Assembly: GCF_902713615.1 (NCBI RefSeq)
Contig: NC_052146.1
Coordinates: 161,434,853 to 161,498,852 of the forward strand
Length of the DNA: 64,000 nucleotides
Direction: 5' to 3'
Source: Scyliorhinus canicula
Lineage: Eukaryota
The notes below the pieces were generated by a model. The model saw only the letters and a list, made by a program, of their open reading frames with translations. It did no database searches and was not told where the DNA came from. Below are positions 38,635 through 51,289 of this stretch, piece after piece (position 1 is the stretch's first letter; each line of letters opens with the position of its first letter). The position numbers were made by a program, and so were the translations under genes.

Positions 38635-40056
38635 GGCGGTGTTCCCGATTCAGCGGAGAATTGAGCCTGGGCTAAAAATGGGATTGACACCATTCCGTGT
38701 TCCTGTTCCCTGCCGGCGGTGGCAGCAAGGTACATGCACTACGCCAGCGAGAAGATGTAAATGGGTGCAAATGGCCTATTCGCATCCAATTAGTGAGCTG
38801 GAAGACAGATTCTCCATATTCCCAGGATGCTCCAGGTGTCTCAACCAGGATTCATGTCGGTATGGATTGGTGCAGGTATTTCCAAGCGTGGTCCTATGCG
38901 GTGGACCCAGGATGGGTTAAGGAGTAAGCAGCCCCCCCCCCCCCCGGAGGTCCATTCGGAGGGCCCCCTCCCCCCACAATACAAATCCTGTACCCCCAGC
39001 CCCACCATCAGAGCCCCCATCAGAGACCCCCCATCAGACCTCCAACAGAGATTCCCTATCAGACCCCCAACAGAGACCCCCCCCACCAAATGATTCTGAT
39101 GGCGCCTGAAAAGGTCTCATATGCTGGGCCTGTTGGGAGGAGTCTCTGATGTGGCGGTTTGATGGTAGGACGGTGGAGTGTTATGGGACAGGGTTTAAAA
39201 AAACTCCAAAGTGTATTATGGAGTCCACCTGGCCTATACCTTTTTGTTGAATTTGGCTAGAATGAGCACAAGAGCCTTGCTTTCCGGGGTAATTCAACAG
39301 AATTCTTCGGCGCTTTTAATTTAAAAAAAGCTTTATTCTAAGTACTTGGTTAACATTTGTCTAAGCACACATAGCAAGAATTTTTATCAATTACAAACAT
39401 AAGGACACCACACAGTTACAGCAATTTATGGATAACCCTCAAGGAATTCCATTTTAACTGTTTCAATTCAGAAACAAGAACCCATAAACCAAAAACTCCC
39501 TTTTACCAAAATATCAGGTAGCTATCATCAATGGGTTTCTTCCTTGGAACAACTCTTTAAAATGAAAATAGAGAGACAGGCCAAAATAATTCTGTTCTCT
39601 GAGTCTACAGCAGCCAAATATGAAAACAAAAGTAAAACTCACAGAGCCCCAGCCCAGCTCCACAAATACAATGACATAATTGAAGCCATGTGATCAGACA
39701 AAAAGCTTTCTTAAAGGGACACTTCCATGACAGTAGGGAATTGGATCACCCTCATGTATGAATGCTGTCGGGGTTTTGGGGGGGGGGGGTGGTAACGCAG
39801 CAATTCCCATGAGTGGGAGGGGGGAGATGCCCCTACTTGTCAGCCGGATGGATGGGTGCAGCCACCAGATCTCGGTGTCAAAGCGACAGCCTGGTAGCGG
39901 GTTTGAAATTGAATTCCTCAAACTCCCAACCATGCATAGGTTTGCATGGCAAGGCAGAATGAATCGGTCCTAGGTGTCGCTCCCAGCGCCAGTGCAGACC
40001 ATGAGTGATTCTACTCGGGAAGGAGAACATGCTCTTCCAAACAGAGAATTTTGCCC
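38635..40056. mobile_element. Decayed non-autonomous Harbinger-type element hosting a solo LTR
   Basis: Harbinger-like subtermini (GCGGAGAATTG; GAGAATTTTGCCC) and a GC-rich body with short CCCCATCAGA repeats. Confidence 0.5.
39179..39732 (-). mobile_element. Solo LTR related to the 5604-6218 family
   Basis: TGTTATG...CATGACA ends; flanks GGAG / GTAG (3 of 4 match). Confidence 0.8.
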
Positions 40057-40551
40057 ATGGTGTATGTCTGCTGTAATCTATATTTGCATTTCTATTTACT
40101 CTCCCAATGAGAAGTGAGGTGACAGGATGCTGAGAACATATCTTTGTTTGTTGGGTTGAAGGAGACCCCCAGCAATTTAATGTGCCTGCTCTCTTTCCAC
40201 CACGAACCCTCGCCTCCACCCCCCGCCCCTCCACCCCGAGGCCAACTCCTGACTCCCCCAACCTCAGGCCAGTAATGACTAGTTGCTTTGCAAATAATCA
40301 CTGCACATTGTAAGTTCCTGCTGCAAAGTAAAGATATGAGGAAATTGGTCCTCCTTACTGCTCAATTACTGCCAGTATTAGAATAGCAATTTCCAGTTCA
40401 TTACTTTTTACAAGTTGTTATTGGGGTTTTCATTTTTGCAAATAATGCAACAAATTCCTCAAATCAGTATAAATGCTTCAACGCACATAAATACGGAAAA
40501 AGCCAGGAGCACACCAACATAGTTAGTTCAGCTTAATCATTAATCTTGGTG

Positions 40552-40852
40552 CATCCACGGTAGCACAGTGGGTAGCACTGTTGCTTCACAGTTCCAGGGT
40601 CCCAGGTTCCATTCACAGCTTGGCTCACTGTCTGTGTGGAGTTTGCACGTTCTCCCCGTTTCTGCATGGGTTTCCACGGAGCACTCCAGTTTCCTCCCAC
40701 AAGTCCTGAAAGAAGCACGTGAGGTAATTTGGACATTCTGAATTCTCCCTCTGTCTACCCGAAAAGGCGCCGGAATCTGGCGGATAGGGACTTTTCAAGT
40801 CACTTCATTGCAGTGTTAATGTCAGCCTACTTGTGATAATAAAGATTACTTT
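40552..40852 (+). mobile_element. V-SINE with alternative 3' tail
   Basis: HE1-like head and V-domain, then tail GGCGCCGGAATCTGGCG..GCCTACTTGTGATAATAAAG. Confidence 0.85.
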
Positions 40853-41140
40853 AACTTTACTTTTCCATTGATACCATATATAAACAGAAAAAATAGAGAA
40901 TGAGGGAGAAGAGGGTAAAGCCATGAAACCGTGGTAAAATGGCAGAGCCAGAATGGCAGAATCAGAGTCACTATTCAAGCCCCACCATCACCGAAAGCTT
41001 AAACCACTCTCCACCAAGGAAACCCCACCAATGGGTGTCATCAAGATACCCATCAACAGGATATCTCGGAGAAAAATACAACTCGCCTCCTCCCAGCAGG
41101 ATAAGGAACACCCACAGTACCAAATACTGGTAAAAAATCA

Positions 41141-41488
41141 GGCAGCACGGTAGCATTGTGGATAGCACAATTGCTTCACAGCTCCAGGGTCCCAGGTTCG
41201 ATTCCGGCTTGGGTCACTGTCTGTGTGAAGCCTGCACATCCTCCCTGTGTGTGCGCGGGTTTCCTCCGGGTGCTCCGGTTTCCTCCCACAGCCCAAAGAT
41301 GTGCAGGTTAGGTGGATTGGCCATGATAAATTGCCCTTTGTGTCCAAAATTGCCCTTAGTGTTGGTTGGGGTTACTGGGTTATGTGGATAGGGTGGAGGT
41401 GTTGACCTTGGGTTGGGCGCTCTTTCCAACAGCTAGTGCAGACTTGATGGGCCGAATGGCCTCCTTCTGCACTGTAACTTCTGTGATA
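41141..41488 (+). mobile_element. Full-length HE1/V-SINE with CR1-derived tail
   Basis: GGTTCGATTCC B box, V-domain, tail GATGGGCCGAATGGCCTCCTTCTGCACTGT. Confidence 0.9.
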
Positions 41489-41724
41489 AATATAACAAAC
41501 AGTCCACCAGAATATAGAATAGAATTTCCGCACCTCTCTCGGGCACATACCGCAACCTACCTCCCCCAACTCCAATTATACCAGGAGCATCAATGACACA
41601 TTATAGCATATTTTCCTTGAAGATTAGACCTGCTTGTACCTTTGCAGGAGCCAGTTAAGGACTCTTTAAACACAAAATAAAGAACAGAAACAAAGATAAA
41701 ATGTGTGAAGACATTTCCAAAAAG

Positions 41725-41960
41725 AATCTGCACCGAACCCTATCTCAACCCACTCCCCACCCCATAACCTTTGGACTCGAAGGGGCAATTTAGCTTGGCC
41801 AACCCACCTAACCTGCACATCTTTGGACTGTGGGCTTAAACCAGGGTACTTGGAGGAAACCCACACAGACGCAGGGGGAACATGCAAACTCCACACAGAC
41901 AGTTACCCAAGGTTGGAATTGAACCCGTGTCCCTGGCACTGTGAGGAAGTACTGTGCAAC
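41725..41960 (-). mobile_element. HE1/V-SINE, partial
   Basis: V-domain and B box on the minus strand. Confidence 0.8.
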
Positions 41961-44900
41961 CCTTAAATTGTTGATTCAGATTGTAATCATTGTAGTTGGC
42001 ATCTCCCTTCACCAGAACAATGACAGGATAAAAATTTACCTAAAAGGGCAGGGGATCAGATAATAACAGGAAACCATGAAAATGCCATGAGCACATGGCC
42101 CTATGATGCCCGGTACCCTCCATAAGACAAAGCTACACATTCTAAACCTAACAGCCTCAGGGGAACAACAGGGTACCACCTTCAGCACAAGACATTGTCT
42201 GGCAGTGTACAGGCTTGTATACAATAGCCAATAAACCAAAAATACTTAAACAATGCCAGGACCCGCAACACAACAGACCTCACTCCTCTCCAGCCAAGTC
42301 AGAGGGACTGCTCAGGCCCCGTAGACTTAAATCAACCTCGACAAAAGAAGCCCCACCAGGAGGGAGAAGAAGCGTCCTCAACACACACATCAGCGAGGTG
42401 ATTCAGGAGCGGATACAACTCCTTCTCACCCCTGTTCCACAGGATAAGGGAACCACTCTAAATATAAACGTACAAATCTGAGCCTGTACCAACCCCTGAC
42501 TTACCCAGATAAAGAAAGAAAATAATAGAGACAAACACCGGGAAAGCCATGTACTGTCAAACAAGGTCTAGCAACGTACACCTTCGCAAAAGGGATACCA
42601 AAGACAGGGCAGCATAGCCTCATGAGAAACAGGACACTGCTTCCCCAGGGGAGCCCAAGCCTCAAGAAGGAAAACAGTCTGGAGGTTCTGCCTCACAACC
42701 GAAGAAAGACTCTGAGACCAAACCAAGAAATATTAGAAGTCCAACGATTAACCGACCACACCTGGGTGTAGACCGATATTTATGTTCCCCTATTTCAAAA
42801 ACACCAGGGATTCTCCGTCAGCCAAGCCGGAATCGGGAAACACGATTGGACGGAGAATCGGTTTTGAAAATTGTGTCCGGCGTCGGGTTCACGCCAAATC
42901 GCAATTATCCAGTGGCCAGGCATGGGGAGAGGGGTGACTTGGGGACGGGTCGGGGTGACTGCCCCACGGGACTGGGGCAGTGTCCAGGCATGGACTGCCA
43001 CTGCCCTGGCCTGCAAGGCAACCATCTTGCTGCGCACCTCATTGACCACCCACCTTGGCTCCTGGTTCTGCAGAGTGACACAGGCCCAATGGGTGATCCC
43101 ACACTCTCACACCATTCTGACAGAGCACTAAGGCAGGTTGTAACATTGTGTACAGGTGTTTAATGTGAAAACATACATACAGATTCGTGCCCTAGCTCCT
43201 ATCACTAAACTGTGCCCTCCACCCGTGACAACTTAACTGGTGTCTAATTTTCTGGCCTTACGGGTCCTAACACTACGTCTAGGTGGCTCCCCAGATGTTA
43301 CATCGGGAGTGAAGGCGGCTGCTCTGATTCCCGCCCTGCGACCTGGGTCCCTTTTGGCTGTCACCTTCTGGGGCGACAGGGCCTGGATGGGCTCGGTTGC
43401 TGCTCGGGTGTCCCAAGTGGCATGGTGTCGCCCTATTCTGCCGCTGCTCATCAGTTGAGCCAGGGACTGGGGGGACGAGTCCAAAGAGCTACGGTGTTCC
43501 AGCACCTTCCTTGCGGGAGACACCGTTATGGGCCCCATCACCATCTCCTCCCTCGGGGTGCCCGATGGCCCCGGACTACTCCGTGGGATGGTGGTGTGAG
43601 CAGAGCTATCCCCTGAGGCACCTGCGCCACCTGGCGCTGCCAGTCCTGGAGATCTGCTGATCTCTCGGCCAGTGCATCGTCGCGGCCACGGAGCACAGTG
43701 AGTTGACCACCTGCGTCTGGGTGTACTGCATCACCCATTGACTGTGCCATCACCTTATGGGTCTGTTGCACATCAGCCAGTGACTGTGCCATCTACCTCT
43801 GGGACTGAGCCACCTCTCTCTGTCTGTGCCAATTCGACCATCACCTGGGAATGCCACCAGCGCTCTCAGCCATGGCCTGCTTTGACTGGGCCATGCTCAG
43901 GAGCGCTGCTGCAATGTCCAGGTGGCTCTGGCGTATAGCTGCCTGTGAGAGGGCAACCCTATCCTTGGCCTCGGCCCCTGCCTACACAGGTTGCCCCAGG
44001 CCTTGGACATGCTGATCCATAACCGAAAACCATGTCTTCAAGACCCGCGTGGTGTTGGTTGGGTGACGCGCATGGTCATCACCACCTCCTGCTCCTGCAT
44101 GTGGTTGGACTCCTCCACCTGTGCCTGGAGCGGTTAGATGCTCGCCGACATCCCCTCATGCAGTCCCTGGCTCTGTGACTGCATCTCCGCGATCAATGGG
44201 TCTGTCCGTTCCAGAAGCCTGAAACCCTTCTGCAGGGCAGTTAGCCCCTGGGGTGGTCTCACCCTCCACCCACTTGGGAATTCCATCTCCAGCTGCTGTA
44301 CCGCAGGATGTGTATGGTACGCACCAGAGAGTGTCCCAGGAGCCTCTTCACTAACATGCCCAACCGAGGTGAGCGTCTCTGGGATGGTGGAAGGTGTTGT
44401 AGGCAGTTGTGATGGGAAATCCGTGTCATTATTGGACTTGTGCCGCAGGGTGTCTTGGGTCTCGGGCTGATGGCCCGCATTCTTGTCGGTGTCCTTATCA
44501 CTGGTCGGCACCTAGGGCTCTGGTTATGGCTGGGGTGGCAGCACGGCACACAAGACCGACCCGCCCCAGCACCAGAAGCTCCTGCAAGACACAAGACAAG
44601 ACGCATGCTTAGACCGTGAGCTGTTGGTGGGATATGGGGGGTTGATATGAGGGTGGTGTAGGAGTGAGGGTGGTGTGGATGTGAGGGTGGTGTTGTGGGG
44701 GTGGTTGACGCATGTATCTTGGAGCCGCAACTCAGCGGGACCTCATTTACTCGCTCTGATCTCCACCCCAGCAATTGCTCTTTCATTGGGCCCGCCGACC
44801 ACACTCTGCTACGGATGAGGGCCCGCAGGTCTGGGTCCAATCTTTTCTCACTCCCCGCGGTTATGGGCAGCCTTCACCAGGGGGCGGGAGGAATAGAAAA

Positions 44901-45360
44901 CGCACAGTGTTAGACAGTCCGATTCATGCAGCTCAGAGGGTGAGTAGCTGGTGGCTTCAGTGGCCAGGAGACCCTGCCACGGTGGCCGATATGGCTTATG
45001 GGTATGTGGGATGGGGGTTGGTGCCAGAGGCACAGTGCTACCTTCTCACCCTGGCCACTCTGAGGCGGTTGTGCAGTTTCTTACAGCACAGCTGGCCGGT
45101 CTGGATGGTGGCGCTTACAGCCTCTGCCACCTGCCCCTGGGCACAGCAAGCAGCGGTGGCTGTCAGCCTCCTTCCCAGACTGGGGTGCTGGGTTGCTCGC
45201 CTCTCCTCCATGACAGGGTCTCAAGCTTGGCGTCCGTAAAATGGGCAGCTGCTCTCCTGTGTGGGGACTGAAGTGTGTATATGTGGCTGCAGTTTGTCAG
45301 CCTCCTGAATTTCAAACCTGGAACCAGTGAATCCAGCACCATTTCTCAGTGGAATCGATC

Positions 45361-45536
45361 ATAATAATAATAATAATCCCTTATTGTCACAAATAGACTT
45401 CAATAAAGTTATTGTGAAAAGCCCTCAGTCGTCACATTCCGGCGCCTGTTCGCGAGGCCGGTATGGGAATTGAACCCCCATTGCTGGCATTGTTCTGCAT
45501 TACAAGCCAGCTGTTTAGCCCACTGTGCTAAACCAG
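45361..45536 (-). mobile_element. tRNA-derived SINE with the alternative tail
   Basis: Head TTAGCACAGTGGGCTAAA..GGTTCAATTCCC; tail as at 40760-40850, ending in (ATT)n. Confidence 0.85.
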
Positions 45537-45659
45537 TCCATGGAATGGTTCTCGTGGCACCGGTGCTAGCCACTTACCAGTCATTGAATTGTTCCAGGTG
45601 CGGAGCCAGTTTTGCTGTTGCAGAAAGTCCACGAATCCAGCCCCAACGTCAACACTTAC

Positions 45660-45820
45660 TGCGGGATTCATCGTCAGTGGGAGCCTTCGCTTTGCCGCAG
45701 GTGCACCCGCGCTTGCGGGTTTCTCGACGGTGTGGGATGGTCACAATGGGAAAACCCATTGACCGGCTGCCGGAACAGAGGATCCCGCGAAGCAGGGTTG
45801 ACGGGATGGAGAATCCCGCC
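45660..45820. mobile_element. Small Harbinger-type MITE
   Basis: Ends GCGGGATTC / GAATCCCGC. Confidence 0.7.
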
Positions 45821-45838
45821 ATTAGTATCAGGAACAGA

Positions 45839-46441
45839 GAGCTGGATTCTCTGCAGTCATGTGCCAAAATCGTGTTTGGCGCGGGGGCAGAGAATCGATG
45901 TTTACGCAGAAATCGTGCCCGCGCCGCTCTGCGTGTGGATTATGCAGCGCAGCTGGGGGGCCATCGACAGAGGCGCCCGCAGCGATTCTCCGGGCAAAGC
46001 TGGCCGAGTTCCTTACAGCGTGGTTCTAACCACATATCGCCGGTCGGGAACCTCGGGTGGTGTCTGCGGACTCAGTCAGTGGCCGCCCTGGTGGAGCACC
46101 GGGGCGGGGGGAGGGGGGGGGGGGAGCCTCATGGGCAGCCGGGACAGCGATTGGGCGGTGCGCCACCTCGGGGGGTCCTACATTCTCGATGTCAGTCCGC
46201 AGTCTGAGTCCGCATGGCACAAGGCACAGCCGCTGGAGGCGCCGGGCGCATGCGCCGGCTCCCAACCGGAAGTTCGAGGGCCCGTATCCGCAACCAGAGT
46301 TGCGAGAAGCACTCCGGGGTCCTGCTAGCCCCCTGCATGTAAGTGAATCGCTCTTGACTTTTTTAAGGAAAGTCAAGAATGAAATGCCAGCGTTTTTATG
46401 CTGGCGTGGGGACATAGCCCCATTTTTGGAGAATCCAGCCC
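45839..46441. mobile_element. Harbinger-type MITE inserted next to the host element terminus
   Basis: GAGCTGGATTCTC / GAGAATCCAGCCC, TSD AGA. Confidence 0.85.
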
Positions 46442-46904
46442 AGAGAATTACGCCACAGAGGCGCATACATCAAAAGAGAAAAAGAGTTTTCTATAGGATA
46501 CATAGTCCGACTGTACCTTCATAGGAGACGAGGAAAGATTCCATAATCCCAAAATAACAGAGGTACAGAAAATATGCTGTATCTTTCACTCCATGTTAGT
46601 TTTATCTGCAAACAGCAATGGAATTAGGTACAGTGATATGGCCTGTGGAGGTTCCTTTCTGTGAAGCATTCACTGGCGCAGCACAGCAAAGTGTAATACT
46701 GTTTCATCAACCTGCTATTTTCAACTTCATACTTTACATGTTATTTTCCTCCTGAAGTCATATGGCCCGCCAGATCCTTTGTTGCGCTGATGCCTCTTGT
46801 GGCATTTTGCATTGTTCCTTGTTACATGGTGGGAAGCCATGTCCCTATTAAAAATATGCGTCTGCCATTCCACAATGATTGGCTGATAGGTCTTCACTGC
46901 CACA

Positions 46905-47130
46905 TTTTTTTTTAGAAATTTAGACTGTCCAATTCATTTTTCCAATTAAGGGGCAATTTAGAGTGGCCAATCCACCTAACCTGCACATCTTTGGGTTGTG
47001 GGGGCGAAACCCACGCAAATAAGGGGAGAATATGCAAACTCCACACAGACAGTGACCCAGAGCCAGGATCGAACCTGGGACCTTGGCGCCGTGAGGCAGC
47101 AGTGCTATCCACTGCGCCACCGTGCTGCCC
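46905..47130 (-). mobile_element. HE1/V-SINE short-tail variant
   Basis: GGGCAGCACGGTGGCGCAGTGG head, GGTTCGATCC, V-domain, poly(A). Confidence 0.9.
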
Positions 47131-48579
47131 TTTCATTGCCACTAATAAAATGGCATTCACAACAGTTGCCACTTTGGAAACCAGATCCATATGTGATTCA
47201 TCTGCATTTCACTAAAACATTGCAAAGCATCCTTTTACCTATTTCAAAGACCAGAGAATCACTGGGCTTTATCTTTCCCAAGTCATTCACCTATTTCAAA
47301 TGTTATGTATTTATCACTATCCCACTTTGTTAGCACTGTTTATTAAAAATGCAGAGTAGTCCATTGATGTGCTCTTTTCAATCGGAGCAAAATCCATGTC
47401 TGATAAAATGTGTGGTTCCTTGAAGAACCCTGGTATATTGTAATAAATATGTGCAATACAAAGACCTGCATAATAAATATAGCACAGTATAATAGCCATT
47501 TTGGTAATATGATGCAAAGGATAGAGTAGTATAATTAATCCAATGTGCATAGAATTGTAATAAAACATGTATGCAAAGCAAATCATTGGTTTGATGAAAA
47601 CATATTCTTTAGCAGAGAGAAGAACAGCTGCCTCATAGAATTTGCAGCCTATTATGAGACAATAATTCATTCATAGGTTGAGATGTATCATAAATGCAAC
47701 CAAGTGTGCTCTGGTTTGTGTTATTCTGTGTATATAACAAGCAGTAATTTCATGTATGACGGCAATATAGGCAGCTATTGCTGCACACAACTATGTTTTC
47801 TTAAACATTGATGAGCTTTGTAGCATAAATTCTACCTGCCCTGCAACAACAAATTGGTTTCACTTTTGCTGGTTGATACAAAATCACCATTCATGGGGCA
47901 AAAATATCTCTGCAGCCTAAAACAACTGAGCAGTTATTTGAGTGTAAATCTGATGCTGCAAAAACAAATGTATACTTTAAACTGTAAGGTGCTAGAGCAC
48001 CAGGAGTTGTAGACAGCATTTTAAACCACTTCATGAAAACGTTTAACAACGAAATGGAACTTTAAGTTACTACATGCTCAGAGGTAATTACTGTCACTTT
48101 GTGATGACCATTTATTCCACTGACCAAATGTATTCCTCCTTGAACCAGTAAGACTAGGTCTGGTGTTCTGCAGGGTGTTTACTCACGTTTCAAAAAATTC
48201 ATTGACGAGATGTGGGCATTGCTGGTTGCCCATCCGTAGTTGCCCTTCAGAAGGTGGCGGTGAGTTGCCTTCTTGAACCGCTGGCGTTCTTTAGGTGTAG
48301 GTACACCCACAGTGCTGTTCATGACGGAGTTCCAGGAATTGGACCCAGCGACAGCAAAGGAACGCGGATATTTTTCCACGTTGGGATGGTGAGTGATTTG
48401 GAGGGGAACTTCCAGGCGGTGGGTTCCCAGGTATCTGCTGCTTCTGTCCTTCGAGATGGCAGTGGTTGTGGGTTTGAAAGGTGCTGCCGAAGGAACCTTA
48501 GCGAGTTCCAGCAGTGCATATTGTAGATGGTACACAAGGCTGCCACTATATCAGTGGTGGAGGGATTGAATGATTGTGG

Positions 48580-49179
48580 TGTTATCAGCCAGGGTTTAGA
48601 GAACCCCAAAGTGTACCATGGAGTTCACCTGACCCACAACTTTTAATAGATTGTGGTACGGGAAGCACACGGGCCTACCCTGCAGGTGTGATGCAACAGA
48701 CATCGACAGTACTTTTAAATTAAAACAATGTTTATTTCTGAAACCAATTGACACTTTATAAACCCACAGTAAACATCTTAACAACTATCAACACCAATAA
48801 ATCCCCCAAAGTATACAGTACTATATAAGTGATTCTTAATCTTTCCTTGCAAAATCCATAAGACAAAAACAAAACCTTTTTACAGAAAGGCGTCAGGTTT
48901 AACTTCTTTACTGAGAGCAGTTACCACTTTGAAATCACAAAATGAACATTCTTTAGCTTGCAGAGATTCACACACATCGTGCTGTGACAGCAGCATCTCC
49001 AAAACTAAAACAAAACTAAACACACCCTGTAGCAGACAGCCTAAAGCGAAAGTAAAAGCAGACCGACAGCTCAGCTCCACCCACTCTCTGACATCACTGA
49101 TAAATACCCATTTCTTAAAGGTACATCCACTACAGCTATTTTATAAACCTTCATTTCTTAAAGGTACTCTCACATGACA
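48580..49179 (-). mobile_element. Solo LTR, 600 bp
   Basis: TGTTAT...ATGACA ends, 4-bp TSD GTGG (48576-48579 and 49180-49183); reverse-orientation relative of 5604-6218. Confidence 0.92.
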
Positions 49180-49205
49180 GTGGAAGACGTAGCAATCAAG
49201 CGGGT

Positions 49206-50100
49206 TGATTTGTAAGTTTGCGGGTGACACCAAGGTTGGTGGAGTGGCAGATCGTGTTGAGGATTGTCAGAGGGCACATCAAGACATAGATATGTTGGAC
49301 ACTTGGGCAGAGAAACGGCAAATAGAGTGGCATAATGCATTTTGGTAGGTCTAACATAGAGGGGAAATATGCCATAAATAGCAAAACTCTTCGGAATTTG
49401 GAAAGTCAGAAAGATCAGGGTGTGCAGGTCCACAGATCTTTGAAGGTGGCAACACAGGTGGACATGGTAGTCAATAAAGAATATTGAATGCTTGCCTTCA
49501 TTATCGGGGCATCGAGTATTAAAAACTGGCAAGACATACTACAGTTGTATAGAACCTTGGTAAGGTCGCACTTGGAATATTGCGCACTATTCTGGTTGCC
49601 ACACTACCAGAAGGGTGTGAAGGCCTAGGAGAGGGTGCAGAGGAGGTTTACCAGAACGTTGCCTGGTCTGGAGGGTGTTGGCTATGTGGACAGGCTGAAT
49701 AGACTCGGACTGTTTTCATGAGAATGCCGGGGGTTGAGGGGTGACCTGATAGAGGTCTACAATATTTTGAGGGGCATGGATAGAGTGGATGGGCAGGCAC
49801 TCTTCCCCAGGGTGGAGGGGTCGGTCACCAGGAGGCATAGGTTTAAGGCCCGTGGGGCGAAGTTTAAAGGAGATATGCGAGGCAGGTTTTTTATGCAAAG
49901 GGTGGTGAGTGCATGGAACGCATTGCCAGGGGAGGTTATGGAAGAAGATACATTAACGGCGTTTTAAAGGCATCTTGACAAACACATGGATGAGATGGAT
50001 ATAGAGGGATAAGGCAGTGCTGAGCGTTTTGGCAAAGGTTGATATCATGACCATTACAGTCTTGGAGGGCCGAGGGATCTGTTCCTGTGCCTTATTGTTC
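49206..50100 (+). mobile_element. CR1 family A, 5'-truncated
   Basis: KFAGDTK, LRGDLIEVY, RVVSAWNALP; CR1 tail. Confidence 0.88.
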
Positions 50101-51289
50101 TTTGTTCTGGATGGTGTCGAGCTTCTTGAGTGTTGTTGGAGCTGCACCCATCAAGTGGAAAGTATTACACTCTTGACTTATGCCTTGGAGATGGTGGACA
50201 GGATTTGGGCGGGGGGGGGGGGGGGGGGGGGGTCAGGAGGTGAGTTACTCGCCATAGGATTGCTCGCCTTTGATCTGCTCTGGTAGCCACAGTATTAATA
50301 TGGCTCGTCCAGTTCAGTTTCTGATCAATGGTAACCCCCAGGATGTTGACTCAGGGGAATTCTGCGATGATAATGCCATTGAATGTCAAAGGGTGATGAT
50401 TAGATCCTCTTTTGTAGGAGATGGTCATTGCCTGGCACTTGTGTGGCACGAATGTGACTTGCCACTTGTCAGCCCAAGCCTGGTTATCGTCGAGGTCTTG
50501 CTGCATTTGGAAATGGACTGCTTCATTGTCTGAGGAGTCGTGAATGGTGAACATTGTGCAGTCATCTGTGAACATCTCCACTTCTGACTTTATGGTGGAA
50601 GGGAGATCATTGATGAAGCACAAGATGGTTGTGCCTAGGACACTACCCGGGAGGACTCAGCAGTCATATCCTTGACCTGAGATGATTGACCTCCAACCAC
50701 CACAACCATCTTCCTTTGTACCGGGTGTGACTCCAACCAGCGGAGAGTTTTCCCCCTAATTCTCATTGATTCCAGCTTTGCTAGGGCTGCTTGACGTCAT
50801 GCTCGATCAAATGCTGACTTGATATCAAGGGCAGTCACTCTCACCTCACCTCTGGCATTCAGCTCTTTTATCCATGTTTGAAGCAAGGCTGTGATAAGGT
50901 GAGGAGCAGAGTGACCCTGGCTGAACCCAAACTGAGTGCCTGTAAGCAGGTTATTGCTGAATAAATGCCGCTTGATAGCACTGTTGGTGACTCCTTCCAT
51001 CACTTTGCTGATGATGGAGAGTAGACTGATAGGGCAGAAATTGACTGGGTTGGATTTGTCCTGTTTCTTGTTTACAGGACACACCTGGGCAATTTTCCAC
51101 ATTGCCGGTTAGATGCCAGTGTTGTAGCTGTACTGGAACAGCTTGGCTCGGGGTGCAGCAAGTTCTGGAGCACCAGTCTTCAGTACTGTTGAGGAATATT
51201 GTCAGGGCCCACAGCCTTTGCAATGCCATTCTGTCCATATCACTGTGACTTTCAATCCTTTTTGTAATCAGCTAACTGGCCAGCTAGAT

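Larger units (their letters stand above)
42806..46454 (-). mobile_element. Harbinger deletion derivative with a three-exon Myb/SANT (MSANTD-like) gene remnant and no transposase
   Basis: Exon 1 (about 45250-45050) RAAAHFTDAKLETL..EERR..QVAEAVSA..CKKLHNRLRVAR then GTGAGA donor; exon 2 KAAHNRGE..PDLRAL; exon 3 after TCTTGTGTCTTGCAG (44582). Termini GGGATTCTCC and GAGAATTACGCC. Confidence 0.82.
48185..51235 (-). mobile_element. LINE family B interrupted by a solo LTR and a CR1
   Basis: WKIAQVCPVNKKQDKSNP, QFGF, VTALDIKSAFD, FTDDCT; 3' tail near 48200-48260. The sequence resumes across both insertions. Confidence 0.88.

Noticed and set aside
41141-41230. tRNA genes at A/B-box sites
   Set aside because: Each runs on into a SINE core and tail, and I could not fold a complete cloverleaf.
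41960-42790. Possible additional LINE or LTR fragment between SINEs
   Set aside because: No motif I could assign with confidence; left unannotated.
44950-45250. Host MSANTD/NAIF1-like gene
   Set aside because: Lies between Harbinger termini; the conserved Trp and one splice acceptor are mutated and exon 2 has a stop.
45470-46524. Long Arg/Gly/Pro-rich ORFs (also 12023-12719, 25496-26816, 51411-52847)
   Set aside because: They overlap GC-rich MITEs where stops are rare in all six frames; no protein motifs.
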